NCBI GenBank assembly: GCA_015063395.1
Contig: SVUF01000001.1
Span: 1,336 to 65,335 of the forward strand
Length of the DNA stretch: 64,000 nucleotides
Direction: 5' to 3'
DNA from: Oscillospiraceae bacterium
GTDB taxonomy: Bacteria > Bacillota > Clostridia > Oscillospirales > CAG-272
The translations under genes and the position numbers were made by a program. The notes beneath the pieces were generated by a model. It saw only the letters and a program-made list of their open reading frames with translations, was not told where the DNA came from and made no database searches. This document shows, in pieces, positions 26,629-37,142 of this stretch (positions are counted from its first letter, which is position 1; every line of letters starts with the position of its first letter).

Positions 26629-27723
26629 ATGAAAAAAATAGCAGCATTTTTACTGTTGACAATGGCACTTTTAACATCGTGTACAGTGTCAACAGTGTAT
26701 ATAACTCCGCCGTCATCGGATTACGGTACAAAAACTGCGGTGTCCGTGTTGGAGACCTTTGGGAACGAAACACCTGAACCTGATGATACAAACTCCACTT
26801 CTGTTGTTGGGACAGCTACAGGAGCAGATACGGCAACACCTACAGATGTCAATAAGGAAACTGAAACTCCTGACAACAGTGATGTTACCGATACCCCAAC
26901 TCCGACTCCCACCCCAACTAAAACTCCCGTTGTAGACGATAAGGGAGTAAAGGAGCTGAAGCTGGATGTGTATGAGGTAACACTGTATGTGGGTAAGGAT
27001 CACGAGCCCGAGGTTACAGTTCTTCCCGAGAATGCAGAAAACAAGGAGTACTATCTTGAAAGTGACGATCCTTCGGTTGCGCTGATCAAGGATAATTCTG
27101 TAATTTCCGCAAGAGGAAAGGGTAGCTGTGCTGTAAATGTCATTTCCAAGGATAACGGTGATGCCCGGGCAAGGATCGAGGTTACTGTTCTCCATACTCC
27201 CGAGGGCGAGATCACCTATATTGAGGGGATACTTATAGCCAACAAAACATTTGCGTTGCCTTCAACATATGGACCGGGTGTTGATCCCGAGGCAAAGGAA
27301 GCTCTGAACGATATGTTTGCGGCAGCTAAAAAGGACGGATTGAAGCTTTTCATTTGTTCAGGCTACAGAACCTATGCATACCAGAAATCACTGTACAACA
27401 GATATGTAGACAGGGACGGAAAGGAAAAGGCGGATACATATTCTGCTCGCCCGGGACATTCGGAGCATCAGACAGGTCTTGCCTTTGATCTCAACAAGGT
27501 GGACGACTCTTTTGACGGAACTCCCGAGGCAATCTGGATCGCAGAGCATGCCCATGAATACGGATTTATAGTGAGATATCCCAAGGGAAAACAGGAGATC
27601 ACAGGATATAAATACGAGCCGTGGCACGTAAGGTATATCGGTGTTGAAAAGGCAAAGGCTGTGTATGAAAGCGGTCTGTGCCTTGAAGAATATCTTGGAA
27701 TTACGTCGGTATACGGTTACTGA
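26629..27723 (+). CDS. M15-family D-alanyl-D-alanine carboxypeptidase (VanY-like) lipoprotein with an Ig-like (Big_2-type) domain
   Basis: Lipobox LLTSC, then SGYRTYAYQ, SEHQTGLAFD and EPWHVRY. Confidence 0.85.
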   Translation: MKKIAAFLLLTMALLTSCTVSTVYITPPSSDYGTKTAVSVLETFGNETPEPDDTNSTSVVGTATGADTATPTDVNKETETPDNSDVTDTPTPTPTPTKTPVVDDKGVKELKLDVYEVTLYVGKDHEPEVTVLPENAENKEYYLESDDPSVALIKDNSVISARGKGSCAVNVISKDNGDARARIEVTVLHTPEGEITYIEGILIANKTFALPSTYGPGVDPEAKEALNDMFAAAKKDGLKLFICSGYRTYAYQKSLYNRYVDRDGKEKADTYSARPGHSEHQTGLAFDLNKVDDSFDGTPEAIWIAEHAHEYGFIVRYPKGKQEITGYKYEPWHVRYIGVEKAKAVYESGLCLEEYLGITSVYGY

Positions 27724-27765
27724 AACACTTCAAAATTAAGCGAATTTCTATAAAATAAAAAAGAG

Positions 27766-27802
27766 CTGTAAAAACAGAATTGAGTTTTTACAGTTCTTTT
27801 TC
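27766..27802. terminator. terminator hairpin between convergent genes
   Basis: ctgtaaaaac (27766-27775) pairs with gtttttacag (27784-27793), followed by a T-run. Confidence 0.7.
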
Positions 27803-27825
27803 TTATAAAGGAAAACAGCTTGAAA

Positions 27826-28566
27826 TCAGTTTATAGTCAATTTGGAGAATACCTTTCCCAAGGAATCGTTGATTACAAGATCGGCAATGCTGTCTCGCTT
27901 TGTGGGGTCACGGTTTATGAGAACTATACTGCCGCCCCTGAAGTATTCTATTAGAGCTGCAGCAGGATATACTGTCAAGGAGGTGCCGCCTATGATGAGC
28001 AGGTCGGCGTCCATGATCTTGGCTACAGCACCCTCCACAGTATCTTCGTCAAGGGGTTCTTCGTAGAGAACAACATCGGGTTTGATTATGCCGCCGCAAT
28101 GGTCACAGAGGGGAACATTTGATGCCTTTGATACGTAATCAATACCAAAAAACTTATGGCATTTGGTGCAGTAGTTTCTGCAAAGTGAGCCGTGAAGCTC
28201 ATAAACATTTTGACTTCCTGCCATTTGGTGAAGACCGTCAATATTCTGGGTGATCACAGCCGTAAGCTTTCCCGCCTTTTCAAGATCTGAAAGAAAGCGG
28301 TGGGTTATATTTGGTTTAACATCGGGATTTACAAGCTTATCGCGGTAAAACTCGTAAAAATCCTCGGTGTTTGAGAAGAAAAAGCTATGGCTGAGCATGA
28401 TTTCGGGGGGGAATTTGTGCTTTTCTCTGTAAAGACCGTCCTGTGATCTGAAGTCCTTGATTCCGCTTTCGGTGGAAACCCCTGCGCCGCCAAAGAACAC
28501 TATACGCTCAGCGCGATCCACAAGCTCTTGAAGCTTTGCGATCTTATCTTGAATTTGATTTTCCAT
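27826..28566 (-). CDS. cobB: NAD-dependent protein deacylase (Sir2 family)
   Basis: GAGVSTESGIKDFRS, QNIDGLH and a Zn-ribbon (CTKC...CDHCGG). The first ATG is at 28566; the track start at 28587 is TTG inside rluB. Confidence 0.88.
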   Translation of the reverse strand: MENQIQDKIAKLQELVDRAERIVFFGGAGVSTESGIKDFRSQDGLYREKHKFPPEIMLSHSFFFSNTEDFYEFYRDKLVNPDVKPNITHRFLSDLEKAGKLTAVITQNIDGLHQMAGSQNVYELHGSLCRNYCTKCHKFFGIDYVSKASNVPLCDHCGGIIKPDVVLYEEPLDEDTVEGAVAKIMDADLLIIGGTSLTVYPAAALIEYFRGGSIVLINRDPTKRDSIADLVINDSLGKVFSKLTIN

Positions 28567-28567
28567 A

Positions 28568-29296
28568 TTATTTATCCTTCTTGCCAATGAGGTATTTTAC
28601 CTGCGAGGCGGTAAGAGGGCGCCATTTTCCCGATCCGAGATCGGAAAGGGTCAGGTTGCCGATGGCAACACGCTTCAGTGATCGAATAGTCAAGCCTGTT
28701 TGCTCACACATTTTTCTGATCTGGCGGTTTCTGCCTTCATACAGGGTCATTTCCACAACGGTTGAGGTGTGCTTTCTTTCGATTACGCGGCAATCAACAC
28801 CTTGGATTTCATAGCCGTCAATGCGCATAGGAGCACTTAATCTTGCAAGATCATCACCGCTGAGGTCGCCCTTGATGCGAACATGATATATTTTTGGAAT
28901 TTCATGCTTTGGGTGGGTCATTTGCTCGGTAAATGCGCCGTCATTTGTCATGAGAAGCAGACCCTCGGAATTGTAGTCAAGGCGTCCAACGGGATAAACT
29001 CTGATGCCCAGATCGGCAACAAGCTCGGCAACACATTTTCTGCCCTTTTCATCGGACATGGTGGTGACATACCCCTTAGGCTTGTTCAGCATTATGTATG
29101 TGTATCCGTTGGGCTTTTCGTTGGTTACAGGCTTACCCTTGTACTCAACAACATCGTTTATAGGGTCGATCTTCATGCCGATCTCTGCAGTAACACCGTT
29201 TACGGTAAAATTACCTGCTTCAATTTCTTTTTCTGCGCTTCTTCTTGACATAAGACCGCTGTCGGATATATATTTTTGTAATCTGCAATCTTTCAT
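28568..29296 (-). CDS. rluB: rRNA pseudouridine synthase (RluB/RsuA family)
   Basis: An N-terminal S4 domain (RLQKYISDSGLMSRRSAEKEI) and the catalytic GRLDYNSEGLLL. Confidence 0.88.
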   Translation of the reverse strand: MKDCRLQKYISDSGLMSRRSAEKEIEAGNFTVNGVTAEIGMKIDPINDVVEYKGKPVTNEKPNGYTYIMLNKPKGYVTTMSDEKGRKCVAELVADLGIRVYPVGRLDYNSEGLLLMTNDGAFTEQMTHPKHEIPKIYHVRIKGDLSGDDLARLSAPMRIDGYEIQGVDCRVIERKHTSTVVEMTLYEGRNRQIRKMCEQTGLTIRSLKRVAIGNLTLSDLGSGKWRPLTASQVKYLIGKKDK

Positions 29297-29300
29297 AATT

Positions 29301-30500
29301 TTATGATATTAATTCTTTAAAAAAATCCTTTATTTTTTCAGTAAAGCTTCTATTGTCTTTTCTTTGCTCAATGTTGTATTTTGCTCTTAGGGTTGATGAG
29401 GCAACCTGGTTTTTCTCATAAAGCACAAGCACATCGCCCATGATTTTGTCCTTTTCAACGGGGGCAAAAATCGGTCTGTTTACCCGTACCTCAAATTTTA
29501 TCTTTTCGGTGTCGAAATTCTGATCTATAAAAACCGAAATGGAGTCGGCAGAATAAAGCTCCGCTGTAGGAGCATCCCCGCCAATGCAGTCAACGGGAAA
29601 ATCAAAGTCAAGGGGCTTGATCAGCTTTATGACACGGTAATTGCTGAATCCGAAGTCAAGCATGTTACGGTGAGCGTTCCAATCGTCCGTGGCGTTAAGC
29701 GTGACGGCAATCAGTGTCATACCGTTTCTTGAGGCGGCACTGACAAGACATCTTCCCGTGCGTTTGGTGAAGCCTGTTTTCATTCCCACAGCTCCATCAT
29801 AGGTGGAGAGAAGCCGATTGTGATTGGTCATATAACGATAGGTGCTTTTGTCCATAACAGGAGCCTTATAGCTTCTTGAAGCAACGATCTTTGCAATTTG
29901 AGGATCATAAAGAGCTGCTGCTGCAATTTTTGAAAGCTCTCTTGCAGTGGTATAATGCTCGTCATCGTCAAGACCGTGAGGGTTGGTGAAATTGGTGCTT
30001 TTAAGCCCTAATTCTTTGGACTTGCGATTCATAAGAACGCAAAAATCCTCAATACTTCCTGCACATTCAATGGCGAGAGCAGTTGCGGCATCGTTGGCGC
30101 TTTCAAGGAGAAGCCCGTACATCAGTGCTTCAACCGTGATTTTTTCGCCATCATAAAGGTATATGGAGCTTCCCTCAATTCCAACACTGCGTCGGTCCAC
30201 TGTTACCACCTTGTTAAAGGGCAAAAGCTCGGAAACGATCAGTGCAGTCATAAGCTTTGTGGTGCTTGCCATTGGAAGCGGAGCATCTGCGTTTTTGGCA
30301 TATAGCTCCGTGCCGCTTTCGTAATGGCACAAATATGCCGCGGCAGCATTTGGCTCGGGACAGCCCTCAACTGTATTTGCAAGTGATACTGTAATGTCAC
30401 CCCTTGGAAGAGGTGGATCATTGGAAACTGTGCTTGGAAAAACAGACGCGGAAATAGAGGTTGATATAGCTACCAAAAGAGCAATTATTTGTTTATGCAT
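29301..30500 (-). CDS. serine-type D-Ala-D-Ala carboxypeptidase (S11, PBP5/DacB-like)
   Basis: ASTTKLMT (SxxK), ESAND (SxN), KTGFT (KTG), and a signal peptide. Confidence 0.88.
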   Translation of the reverse strand: MHKQIIALLVAISTSISASVFPSTVSNDPPLPRGDITVSLANTVEGCPEPNAAAAYLCHYESGTELYAKNADAPLPMASTTKLMTALIVSELLPFNKVVTVDRRSVGIEGSSIYLYDGEKITVEALMYGLLLESANDAATALAIECAGSIEDFCVLMNRKSKELGLKSTNFTNPHGLDDDEHYTTARELSKIAAAALYDPQIAKIVASRSYKAPVMDKSTYRYMTNHNRLLSTYDGAVGMKTGFTKRTGRCLVSAASRNGMTLIAVTLNATDDWNAHRNMLDFGFSNYRVIKLIKPLDFDFPVDCIGGDAPTAELYSADSISVFIDQNFDTEKIKFEVRVNRPIFAPVEKDKIMGDVLVLYEKNQVASSTLRAKYNIEQRKDNRSFTEKIKDFFKELIS

Positions 30501-30579
30501 TTAGTAAACCGTCCTTTTTTTCGGGGGGATTTGTCCCTAAATAATATGAACGGCTTTTAAGAATTATTCTTGTAGTAAA

Positions 30580-31080
30580 TTATTGATTGACTGTGGTGTC
30601 AGCAGCAGCAGTGCCTTCGGCATCAGTGTTTTCAACAGGCTCAACTGCGGTTTCTTCCTTCTTTTTGCTGAAGATATTCTTCACTCTTTCAACGATTTCG
30701 GGAGAACGCTCTGCAAAATCGAGAACTGTGTCAAGGATGCTTACGGCGGTGGGAATATGGTTTGCAGCTTCGATGCTGAGAAGCTCAACACTTCCGTCCT
30801 TTTCTACGATCAAAAAGCCAACAGGGGACAGGGTAATTCCTGTACCGCCTCCTCCTCCAAATCCAAGGGGCTTGTCCGCGGGGGTAACCTTTTCTGCAGG
30901 AAGGTTTTTGCTGAAATAATCAAGTCCTCCGGAAGCATATCCAACTGTAACCTTGGAAACGGGGATTATAGTTGTACCCTGGGGCATATGCATGGGAGTA
31001 CCCATAATGGTATCGCAGTTTACCACTTCTTTGATGGAAGCAAGAGATTCCTTAATCATATCGTTGAGTTTTTCTGACAT
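30580..31080 (-). CDS. ytfJ: sporulation protein YtfJ (GerW family)
   Basis: TIIPVSKVTVGYASGG..GFGGGGGTGITLSPVGFLIV is typical of GerW/YtfJ. Confidence 0.85.
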   Translation of the reverse strand: MSEKLNDMIKESLASIKEVVNCDTIMGTPMHMPQGTTIIPVSKVTVGYASGGLDYFSKNLPAEKVTPADKPLGFGGGGGTGITLSPVGFLIVEKDGSVELLSIEAANHIPTAVSILDTVLDFAERSPEIVERVKNIFSKKKEETAVEPVENTDAEGTAAADTTVNQ

Positions 31081-31124
31081 TGTTATGTCCTCCGTAATTT
31101 ATTAATTTAACCTGTCAAGCAGGG

Positions 31125-31901
31125 TTAAGCTGTTTCTTTGTTGCTTTTGTCAGCGGCGGTTTTTTTAGTTTTGTCGCCGCCCTTTAGAAGCTTGGGTATA
31201 AAATGCTTTGCCGCACGAACTGCGGGAGGAATGATCATTCCGAATATTTGCCATACTCTGAATGAAATTATGATATTTATATCAGCCTCAAAGCCGTGGC
31301 AGGGAAAGTCGGGAACTACCGCAACGGAATCCTGATCCTTGATCTTCAGCTCCGAATGGCCGTCAAGGAATTCCAAAAGGGCTGTTACACCTGCCATTGT
31401 TGCTCCGTAGATAAGTGCAGTTTGATCCGGGCTTTTTCCGCCAAGAGCGATCTTCAAGGAGATTACCTCGGTTTTGATATATCCGAAAAGCTTGGTGAAC
31501 AGGAGCTTTACAATATCAAGGATCACCTTTACCAATGTGACGGTATCGGTAATTTTTTCGGAAAGCTTCTTTTTGGGAGGAGCCTTGCCCGCTTTTTCAA
31601 GATCCTTTTTCAGCTGCTTTTCCTTTTGTTTTTGAGCTTTCTTTTCCTGCTTTTTCTTTTCTTTTTTCTCTTTGCTTGCTTTTTCCTTTGCTTCCGCCTT
31701 TTCGATCTTTTTCTTCGTGTAGTTGGAAAGCTTTATTTTCTTCTTTTTTGCAGGAAGTATCTTGATTTTAAAAAACAGTATTTTAAGTGCGAGAGTGAAG
31801 TCTTTTTTGTAGCCGATGACAATTCCTATTTTCAACAATGAAACAAATAGGAAAAACAGGAGGATCGCTCCTGCAATTATCCAGCCCTTCATATACATCA
31901 C
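31125..31901 (-). CDS. DUF2953/YtfI-like sporulation membrane protein with a Lys-rich central region
   Basis: An N-terminal TM segment and a position immediately upstream of ytfJ, as in B. subtilis ytfI-ytfJ. Confidence 0.55.
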   Translation of the reverse strand: MMYMKGWIIAGAILLFFLFVSLLKIGIVIGYKKDFTLALKILFFKIKILPAKKKKIKLSNYTKKKIEKAEAKEKASKEKKEKKKQEKKAQKQKEKQLKKDLEKAGKAPPKKKLSEKITDTVTLVKVILDIVKLLFTKLFGYIKTEVISLKIALGGKSPDQTALIYGATMAGVTALLEFLDGHSELKIKDQDSVAVVPDFPCHGFEADINIIISFRVWQIFGMIIPPAVRAAKHFIPKLLKGGDKTKKTAADKSNKETA

Positions 31902-31928
31902 TCCTTTTCTGATTTATTAATGTAGCTT

Positions 31929-32564
31929 TTAAATATTCAGTGTCATTTGTTCGCCGTCGGAATCATTGTTGCTGTTTTGGAGGCTTGATGCCTTGATATC
32001 CAGATTGGGAAGCTCATCAAGCTTGCTGATGCCGAAGCATCTGAGGAAATTTTCCGTTGTTGAGTAAAGCATTGGGCGTCCGGGAACATCAAGTCTGTCC
32101 TTGGAATCCACAAGACCCTTGTCCATGAGAGAGGAAATTGCATATGAGCAGTCCACCCCTCTGATGTTTTCCACAAATGCTTTGGTTACAGGTTGATTAT
32201 AAGCTATAATTGCCAAAACCTCAAGAGATGAGGCAGAAAGCTTTCCGCTCATTTTAATTCCAAGGGCTTCTCTTATGTAATTTTTGAATTCCTCCTTGGT
32301 ACAAAGCTGAAGGCTGTCCTCAAAATTCAAGATCATGATTCCAAGCTGAAGGCTATTGAAGTAGTCACAAAGCTTTGCGGCAATTTTTCGCATTTCACGC
32401 TTGTCCTTGGAAAACACCTGACAAAGCTTTTCCATGGGTACGGGATATCCTGCGGCAAAAAGCACAGCTTCAATTGCCCTAAAAAGCTCCTCTTCACTAA
32501 GCTCTTTTTCCTCGTTTTCAACTGTCGAGGAAGCTATCATTGTTTTTTCTTCGTTCTCTGTCAT
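31929..32564 (-). CDS. scpB: segregation and condensation protein B
   Basis: IEAVLFAAGYPV..LEVLAIIAYNQPVT..IRGVD is typical of ScpB, and the gene lies downstream of scpA. Confidence 0.9.
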   Translation of the reverse strand: MTENEEKTMIASSTVENEEKELSEEELFRAIEAVLFAAGYPVPMEKLCQVFSKDKREMRKIAAKLCDYFNSLQLGIMILNFEDSLQLCTKEEFKNYIREALGIKMSGKLSASSLEVLAIIAYNQPVTKAFVENIRGVDCSYAISSLMDKGLVDSKDRLDVPGRPMLYSTTENFLRCFGISKLDELPNLDIKASSLQNSNNDSDGEQMTLNI

Positions 32565-33312
32565 AGTTTATCTCCAAAATCGGAATGTTATTCTCGTCAA
32601 ATTCTTTTATAAGGATAATATTTTTTGCAATAAGCTGCAGAGTTGCAATGAAAATTGCAACGATATCGGATCTGGTCTTGCTTTTACAGATTATTGCTTC
32701 GAAGCTCATTGCTCCTTGGGATTTCAGATCTCTGAGTATAGCGACAACCTTGACCTCAATGGGCGTGATCTTGTTGACAACAATGGTGTTGAGGTTAGCC
32801 TCTGCCTCTTCGTTTCTGCTGTCTGCAAGAAGCCTTTGCCTTTTGACGATTCGTTCAAACGCCTTTACAATGGCGTCAAGGTCATGGGGAGCTACATAGG
32901 AATTGTCAACATCGATCTCGTCAGTTTCCTTGATGGACCTTCCGCTGTATTCCATATAAAGATTTCCCAGAGATACGGTTGCTTTTTTCACGTTTTCATA
33001 GGCTATAAGTGATGAAGCAAGATCGGATCTCGGGTCTTCATCCTCTGTGCTTTTTGTTTTTGGCAAAAGCATTTTGCTTTTGATGACCATAAGCTGAGAT
33101 GCCATTGTGATGAATTCACCTGCAACGTCCATGTCCATTTCGCGCATGGCTCCGATATATTCAAGGTATTGGTCAAGTATAAGGGATATGGGGATATCGT
33201 ATATATCCACCTTGTTTTTATAGATCAAGGTCAGGAGAAGATCGAGAGGACCTTCAAAGGAAAGGTTTTCCAGCTTGAAGCTCAGCTCGTTGCTTGTATA
33301 CGCAGTATTCAT
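32518..33312 (-). CDS. scpA: segregation and condensation protein A (kleisin)
   Basis: FEGPLDLLLTLIYKNKVDIYDIPI is a typical ScpA N-terminus. Confidence 0.9.
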   Translation of the reverse strand: MNTAYTSNELSFKLENLSFEGPLDLLLTLIYKNKVDIYDIPISLILDQYLEYIGAMREMDMDVAGEFITMASQLMVIKSKMLLPKTKSTEDEDPRSDLASSLIAYENVKKATVSLGNLYMEYSGRSIKETDEIDVDNSYVAPHDLDAIVKAFERIVKRQRLLADSRNEEAEANLNTIVVNKITPIEVKVVAILRDLKSQGAMSFEAIICKSKTRSDIVAIFIATLQLIAKNIILIKEFDENNIPILEINYDRERRKNNDSFLDS

Positions 33313-33331
33313 TGGTCAGTGTTCCTTTGTA

Positions 33332-34075
33332 TTATACCAAAAATCTTGTAATTGTCACCAAAAAATCATAAATTGATCCGTAGAACCAATAAACTACATC
33401 GGAAAAACCGTCTCCGAAGCGATAGAACAGGAAGATGAAAACGATCATTATAATGCTTTCATACTTCATCAGTCCAAAATAAATACGGTCCGGCAAAAGA
33501 ACGTATGCAATTCTCGAGCCGTCAAATGGCGGGATCGGTATCAGATTGAAAAGTGCCAAGGATATATTCATGATCGAGAGCATCTCAAGAAAGATCATAA
33601 GTACATATTTCAGCTTACCAATGAGGGCAAGATCGCTTTCAAAGAGCAAGCGGATAATGTTTTGATTTGTAAAATAAAAGAGTCCGTCAAACAATAAAAG
33701 ATCAAATATACGCATGAGCAAAATGCCCACAAGGGCAAGAAGCAAATTGGATAACGGTCCTGCTGCCGCAGTCCATGCCATGCCTTTTTTGGAATTTTTA
33801 AAATATCTTGCGTTGATGGGTACGGGCTTTGCCCAACCTATGCCAAGGAATATCATGGACAGAGTTCCCAAGGGGCTGAAATGCTTCATGGGATTCAGCG
33901 ATATCCTGCCAAGATTTCTTGCGGTGGGGTCGCCCAACCTATATGCTGCATACCCGTGAGCAGATTCGTGCATTGAAAGTGAAATGCAAACGATGGGCAA
34001 ACGAAGAACTAATATGAGAAGAGCATAAAGGGCAAGTGTGCCGCCGCTGAGCAAATAAGACAACATATTCAGCAT
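33332..34075 (-). CDS. site-2 protease family (M50) membrane metalloprotease
   Basis: HESAHG motif in a polytopic membrane protein. Confidence 0.8.
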   Translation of the reverse strand: MLNMLSYLLSGGTLALYALLILVLRLPIVCISLSMHESAHGYAAYRLGDPTARNLGRISLNPMKHFSPLGTLSMIFLGIGWAKPVPINARYFKNSKKGMAWTAAAGPLSNLLLALVGILLMRIFDLLLFDGLFYFTNQNIIRLLFESDLALIGKLKYVLMIFLEMLSIMNISLALFNLIPIPPFDGSRIAYVLLPDRIYFGLMKYESIIMIVFIFLFYRFGDGFSDVVYWFYGSIYDFLVTITRFLV

Positions 34076-34129
34076 AGTCAGTAACCTCCTTTTTATTTTT
34101 TTGTTTGAGGAATGCGGTGAATTAATGCT

Positions 34130-34720
34130 TTACATCTTGCACATGGAAAATATTTCCGACCAGATCTTTTCTTTGGCTGTTGGTTTCAGCGCAGAAAAAG
34201 GAATGATTGGAATATCTTCGCCGATATATGGGTGTGTCTTCAAGGCATTAAGCATTTTTTCATACTCAGTCTTGTTGAGTTTATCGGATTTTGTTGCCAC
34301 GATAATGTGGGGAATCTCCATTTTGATCAGCCAATCGAGCATGGTGATGTCGTCCGTTGTTGGACCTACCTTCATGTCGATAAGCTGAACAACACCCATA
34401 AGGCTTGGACTTTTCGTAAGATAGCTGTCAACAAGTCCTGACCAGCGGCGGCGCTCGGAATCATCTCTCTTGGCGTAGCCGTAGCCGGGAAGGTCTACGA
34501 TATAGAGCTTTTTGTCTATACCGTAGAAATTGACGGTTATGGTCTTTCCGGGAGCTGAGCTGACTCTTGCCAAGGATTTTCTGCCGATGAGTGCATTGAT
34601 AAGTGAGCTTTTGCCCACGTTGGATCTGCCTGAAAAAGCGATCTGGGGAAGAGTGTCCTTGGGGAACTGCTCGGGAAGTCCCGTGGTTTTAAGATTTATG
34701 TTGTTAAAGTTAAGATTCAT
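34130..34720 (-). CDS. engB: ribosome biogenesis GTP-binding protein YsxC/EngB
   Basis: GRSNVGKSSLIN, DLPGYG, TKSDK. The gene is adjacent to lon, as in Bacillus. Confidence 0.92.
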   Translation of the reverse strand: MNLNFNNINLKTTGLPEQFPKDTLPQIAFSGRSNVGKSSLINALIGRKSLARVSSAPGKTITVNFYGIDKKLYIVDLPGYGYAKRDDSERRRWSGLVDSYLTKSPSLMGVVQLIDMKVGPTTDDITMLDWLIKMEIPHIIVATKSDKLNKTEYEKMLNALKTHPYIGEDIPIIPFSALKPTAKEKIWSEIFSMCKM

Positions 34721-34724
34721 GAGT

Positions 34725-37142
34725 TCACTCCGGTATTATAAGTACATTTCTGAAAGCGTCATCAAGGGTCTTGCAGAATACAAAGTTCAGATTTTCTCTG
34801 ACTGTAAGGTCAAGGTCGGGAATATCCTTTTTGTTTGCCTCGGGAACAAGGACTGTTTTTGCTCCTGCCTTGTAGGCAGCCATTGTCTTTTCTTTAAGAC
34901 CGCCAATGGGAAGCACTCTTCCGTGGAGAGTGATCTCGCCCGTCATTGCAACATCGCGGCGCGCCGGATATCCGCCAAGCTCACTTGTAATGGCACAAGC
35001 AAGGGCAACACCTGCGGAGGGGCCGTCCTTTGGAACTGCGCCTTCGGGGAAGTGGATATGTATATCCTTTTTCTTATAAAATTCGGGATCGATTCCAAGC
35101 TCCGAGGCATGTGCTCTGATGTAGGATACTGCGATCTGAGCAGATTCCTTCATTACATCGCCAAGGGATCCTGTGAATTTGGCCTTGCCGTCACCGTCGA
35201 GAGCAACAGCCTCAACTCTCAGCATTTCTCCGCCAAGCTCTGTGTAGGCAAGACCGTTTACGGTTCCAACCTCGTCAATATCATAGATCTTGTCGGGCAG
35301 AATTTTACGCTGTCCTGCAAATTCGGTAAGGTTTTTAACACCAACCTTTACCGATGTCTCGCCGTCAGCGATCTTCTTAGCGGCTTTGCGGCATATTCCT
35401 GCGATCTGTCTTTCAAGATTACGCACACCTGCCTCGTGGGTATAGAAATCGGCAAGGTCGTAGAATACCTTTTCATCGATCTTAAGCTGACGCTTTGTAA
35501 GTCCGTGACGCTTCAGCTGCTTTGGATAAAGATACCCCTTTGCGATCTCCAGCTTTTCTCGGCGGTTGTATATGGGAAGCTCAATGATCTCCATACGGTC
35601 GATAAGAGGCTTGGCAACACCCTCAAGAGAGTTGGCGGTGGCGATGAACATACAGTCGGAAAGATCCACGGGAATCTCAACAAAGTGGTCGCGGAATGAC
35701 TTGTTCTGTTCACTGTCAAGAACCTCAAGCATGGCAGAAGCAGGGTCGCCTCTGTGATCGTTGGACATTTTGTCGATCTCGTCAAGAAGTATCAACGGAT
35801 TATTGACTCCTGCCTGAATAAGAGCGTTGACGATCCTTCCCGGCATGGAGGCAACGTAGGTTTTTCTGTGTCCGCGTATATCGGACTCGTCTTTAACTCC
35901 GCCAAGGGATACTCTTACATATTTTCTTCCCATAGCTTTTGCAATGGAGGAGGCAACGGAGGTCTTACCAACGCCGGGAGCGCCAACAAGACAAATGATC
36001 TGATTTTTGATCTCGGGGTTGAGCTGTCTCACGGCAATGTATTCAAGGATCCTTTCCTTAACCTTTTCAAGTCCGTAGTGATCCTTGTCAAGCTGAGCCT
36101 GTGCTCTTGCCACATCTGTTTTGTCAACAGTCTTTTTTGACCAGGGAATTTCAAGACAGATGTCAAGGTAATTGCGCAATACTGTTGATTCTGCGGAGCT
36201 GTAGGGAGTTTTGGAAAGCTTTGAAACCTCTTTGAGAAGCTTTTCCTCAACCTCCTCGGGAAATTTGCCTTCAAGAACCTTGCGTCCGTATTCTGCAACC
36301 TCGTCATCGTCATCAACGTCAATTCCGTTGGAGAAGGGAGAAGAAGGAGTTTGTGAAATGTCGTCAAGCTCCTCCTTGATGACCTTAAGCTGCTCCTTGA
36401 GATAATATTCTCTCTGATTTGTTTCGATTCTTGTTTTGACCTTTTTGTGAATGTCCATTTCGTTGTAAAGGAATTCAAGCTCCTCGATCATAAGCTCAAT
36501 AAGCTTTTCAAGACGCTTGTAGACATCCGCCTCTTCAAGAATATTTTCCTTGTGAGGATATGCAACAAAGGCGGAAAATGCCATTTTGTCAATCATCACG
36601 GAAAGATTTTTTTCACTAAGCACATCGTCCTTGATGTTTTTGGGAAAGTGGGGAATGAGCCTTGTCATTTCCTTGTAGTATTTTTTTGCACTTGCAATAT
36701 TAACCTCATCGCGTACCTCAAGCTCCCTTGAGGCGTTTTCCTCAATGACGGGCATAACGTATACAAATCCGTCAATGAGGAAGTTTTTGGGTGTAAGAAT
36801 TGCTCTGACAGAGCCTGTAAAGGTGATCTTGGCATAGCCGTTTTCAAGATCTTCCACAGAATCCACCTTGCCAAGACAGCCTATTTCATAAAAGCTGTGT
36901 CTTGAGGGAAGCCCCGATGAATTCATTTCTTTTTTTGTAATTACAAAAACGTCGTCGTTTTGTCTGTGGGCAACACGGCAGTTTTTGATGACATCGGAAT
37001 CGGAGATTTCAAAGGTTGTTGCAAATCCGGGGAAAACCACGATTCCGTTTAACGGAACACACGGAACATAAAGAGAGCCGTCGTCTGTCATATCATAAAA
37101 TTCTTGGTTAAAATTTTTGAGTTCAATTTTTTTGTTTGCCAT
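34725..37142 (-). CDS. lon: ATP-dependent protease Lon (LonA)
   Basis: GAPGVGKTS Walker A, the PKDGPSAG catalytic Ser motif, 805 aa. Confidence 0.95.
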   Translation of the reverse strand: MANKKIELKNFNQEFYDMTDDGSLYVPCVPLNGIVVFPGFATTFEISDSDVIKNCRVAHRQNDDVFVITKKEMNSSGLPSRHSFYEIGCLGKVDSVEDLENGYAKITFTGSVRAILTPKNFLIDGFVYVMPVIEENASRELEVRDEVNIASAKKYYKEMTRLIPHFPKNIKDDVLSEKNLSVMIDKMAFSAFVAYPHKENILEEADVYKRLEKLIELMIEELEFLYNEMDIHKKVKTRIETNQREYYLKEQLKVIKEELDDISQTPSSPFSNGIDVDDDDEVAEYGRKVLEGKFPEEVEEKLLKEVSKLSKTPYSSAESTVLRNYLDICLEIPWSKKTVDKTDVARAQAQLDKDHYGLEKVKERILEYIAVRQLNPEIKNQIICLVGAPGVGKTSVASSIAKAMGRKYVRVSLGGVKDESDIRGHRKTYVASMPGRIVNALIQAGVNNPLILLDEIDKMSNDHRGDPASAMLEVLDSEQNKSFRDHFVEIPVDLSDCMFIATANSLEGVAKPLIDRMEIIELPIYNRREKLEIAKGYLYPKQLKRHGLTKRQLKIDEKVFYDLADFYTHEAGVRNLERQIAGICRKAAKKIADGETSVKVGVKNLTEFAGQRKILPDKIYDIDEVGTVNGLAYTELGGEMLRVEAVALDGDGKAKFTGSLGDVMKESAQIAVSYIRAHASELGIDPEFYKKKDIHIHFPEGAVPKDGPSAGVALACAITSELGGYPARRDVAMTGEITLHGRVLPIGGLKEKTMAAYKAGAKTVLVPEANKKDIPDLDLTVRENLNFVFCKTLDDAFRNVLIIPE

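Noticed and set aside
26207-26791. 194-aa minus-strand ORF (and 26713-27195)
   Set aside because: It is antisense to the Pro/Thr-linker regions of two plus-strand secreted proteins. Repetitive linker DNA keeps the reverse frames open.
34530-35699. 389-aa plus-strand ORF
   Set aside because: It lies entirely antisense to engB and lon, both of which carry unmistakable motifs. Its Cys/Leu/Gly-rich composition has no motifs, which is typical of a shadow ORF.
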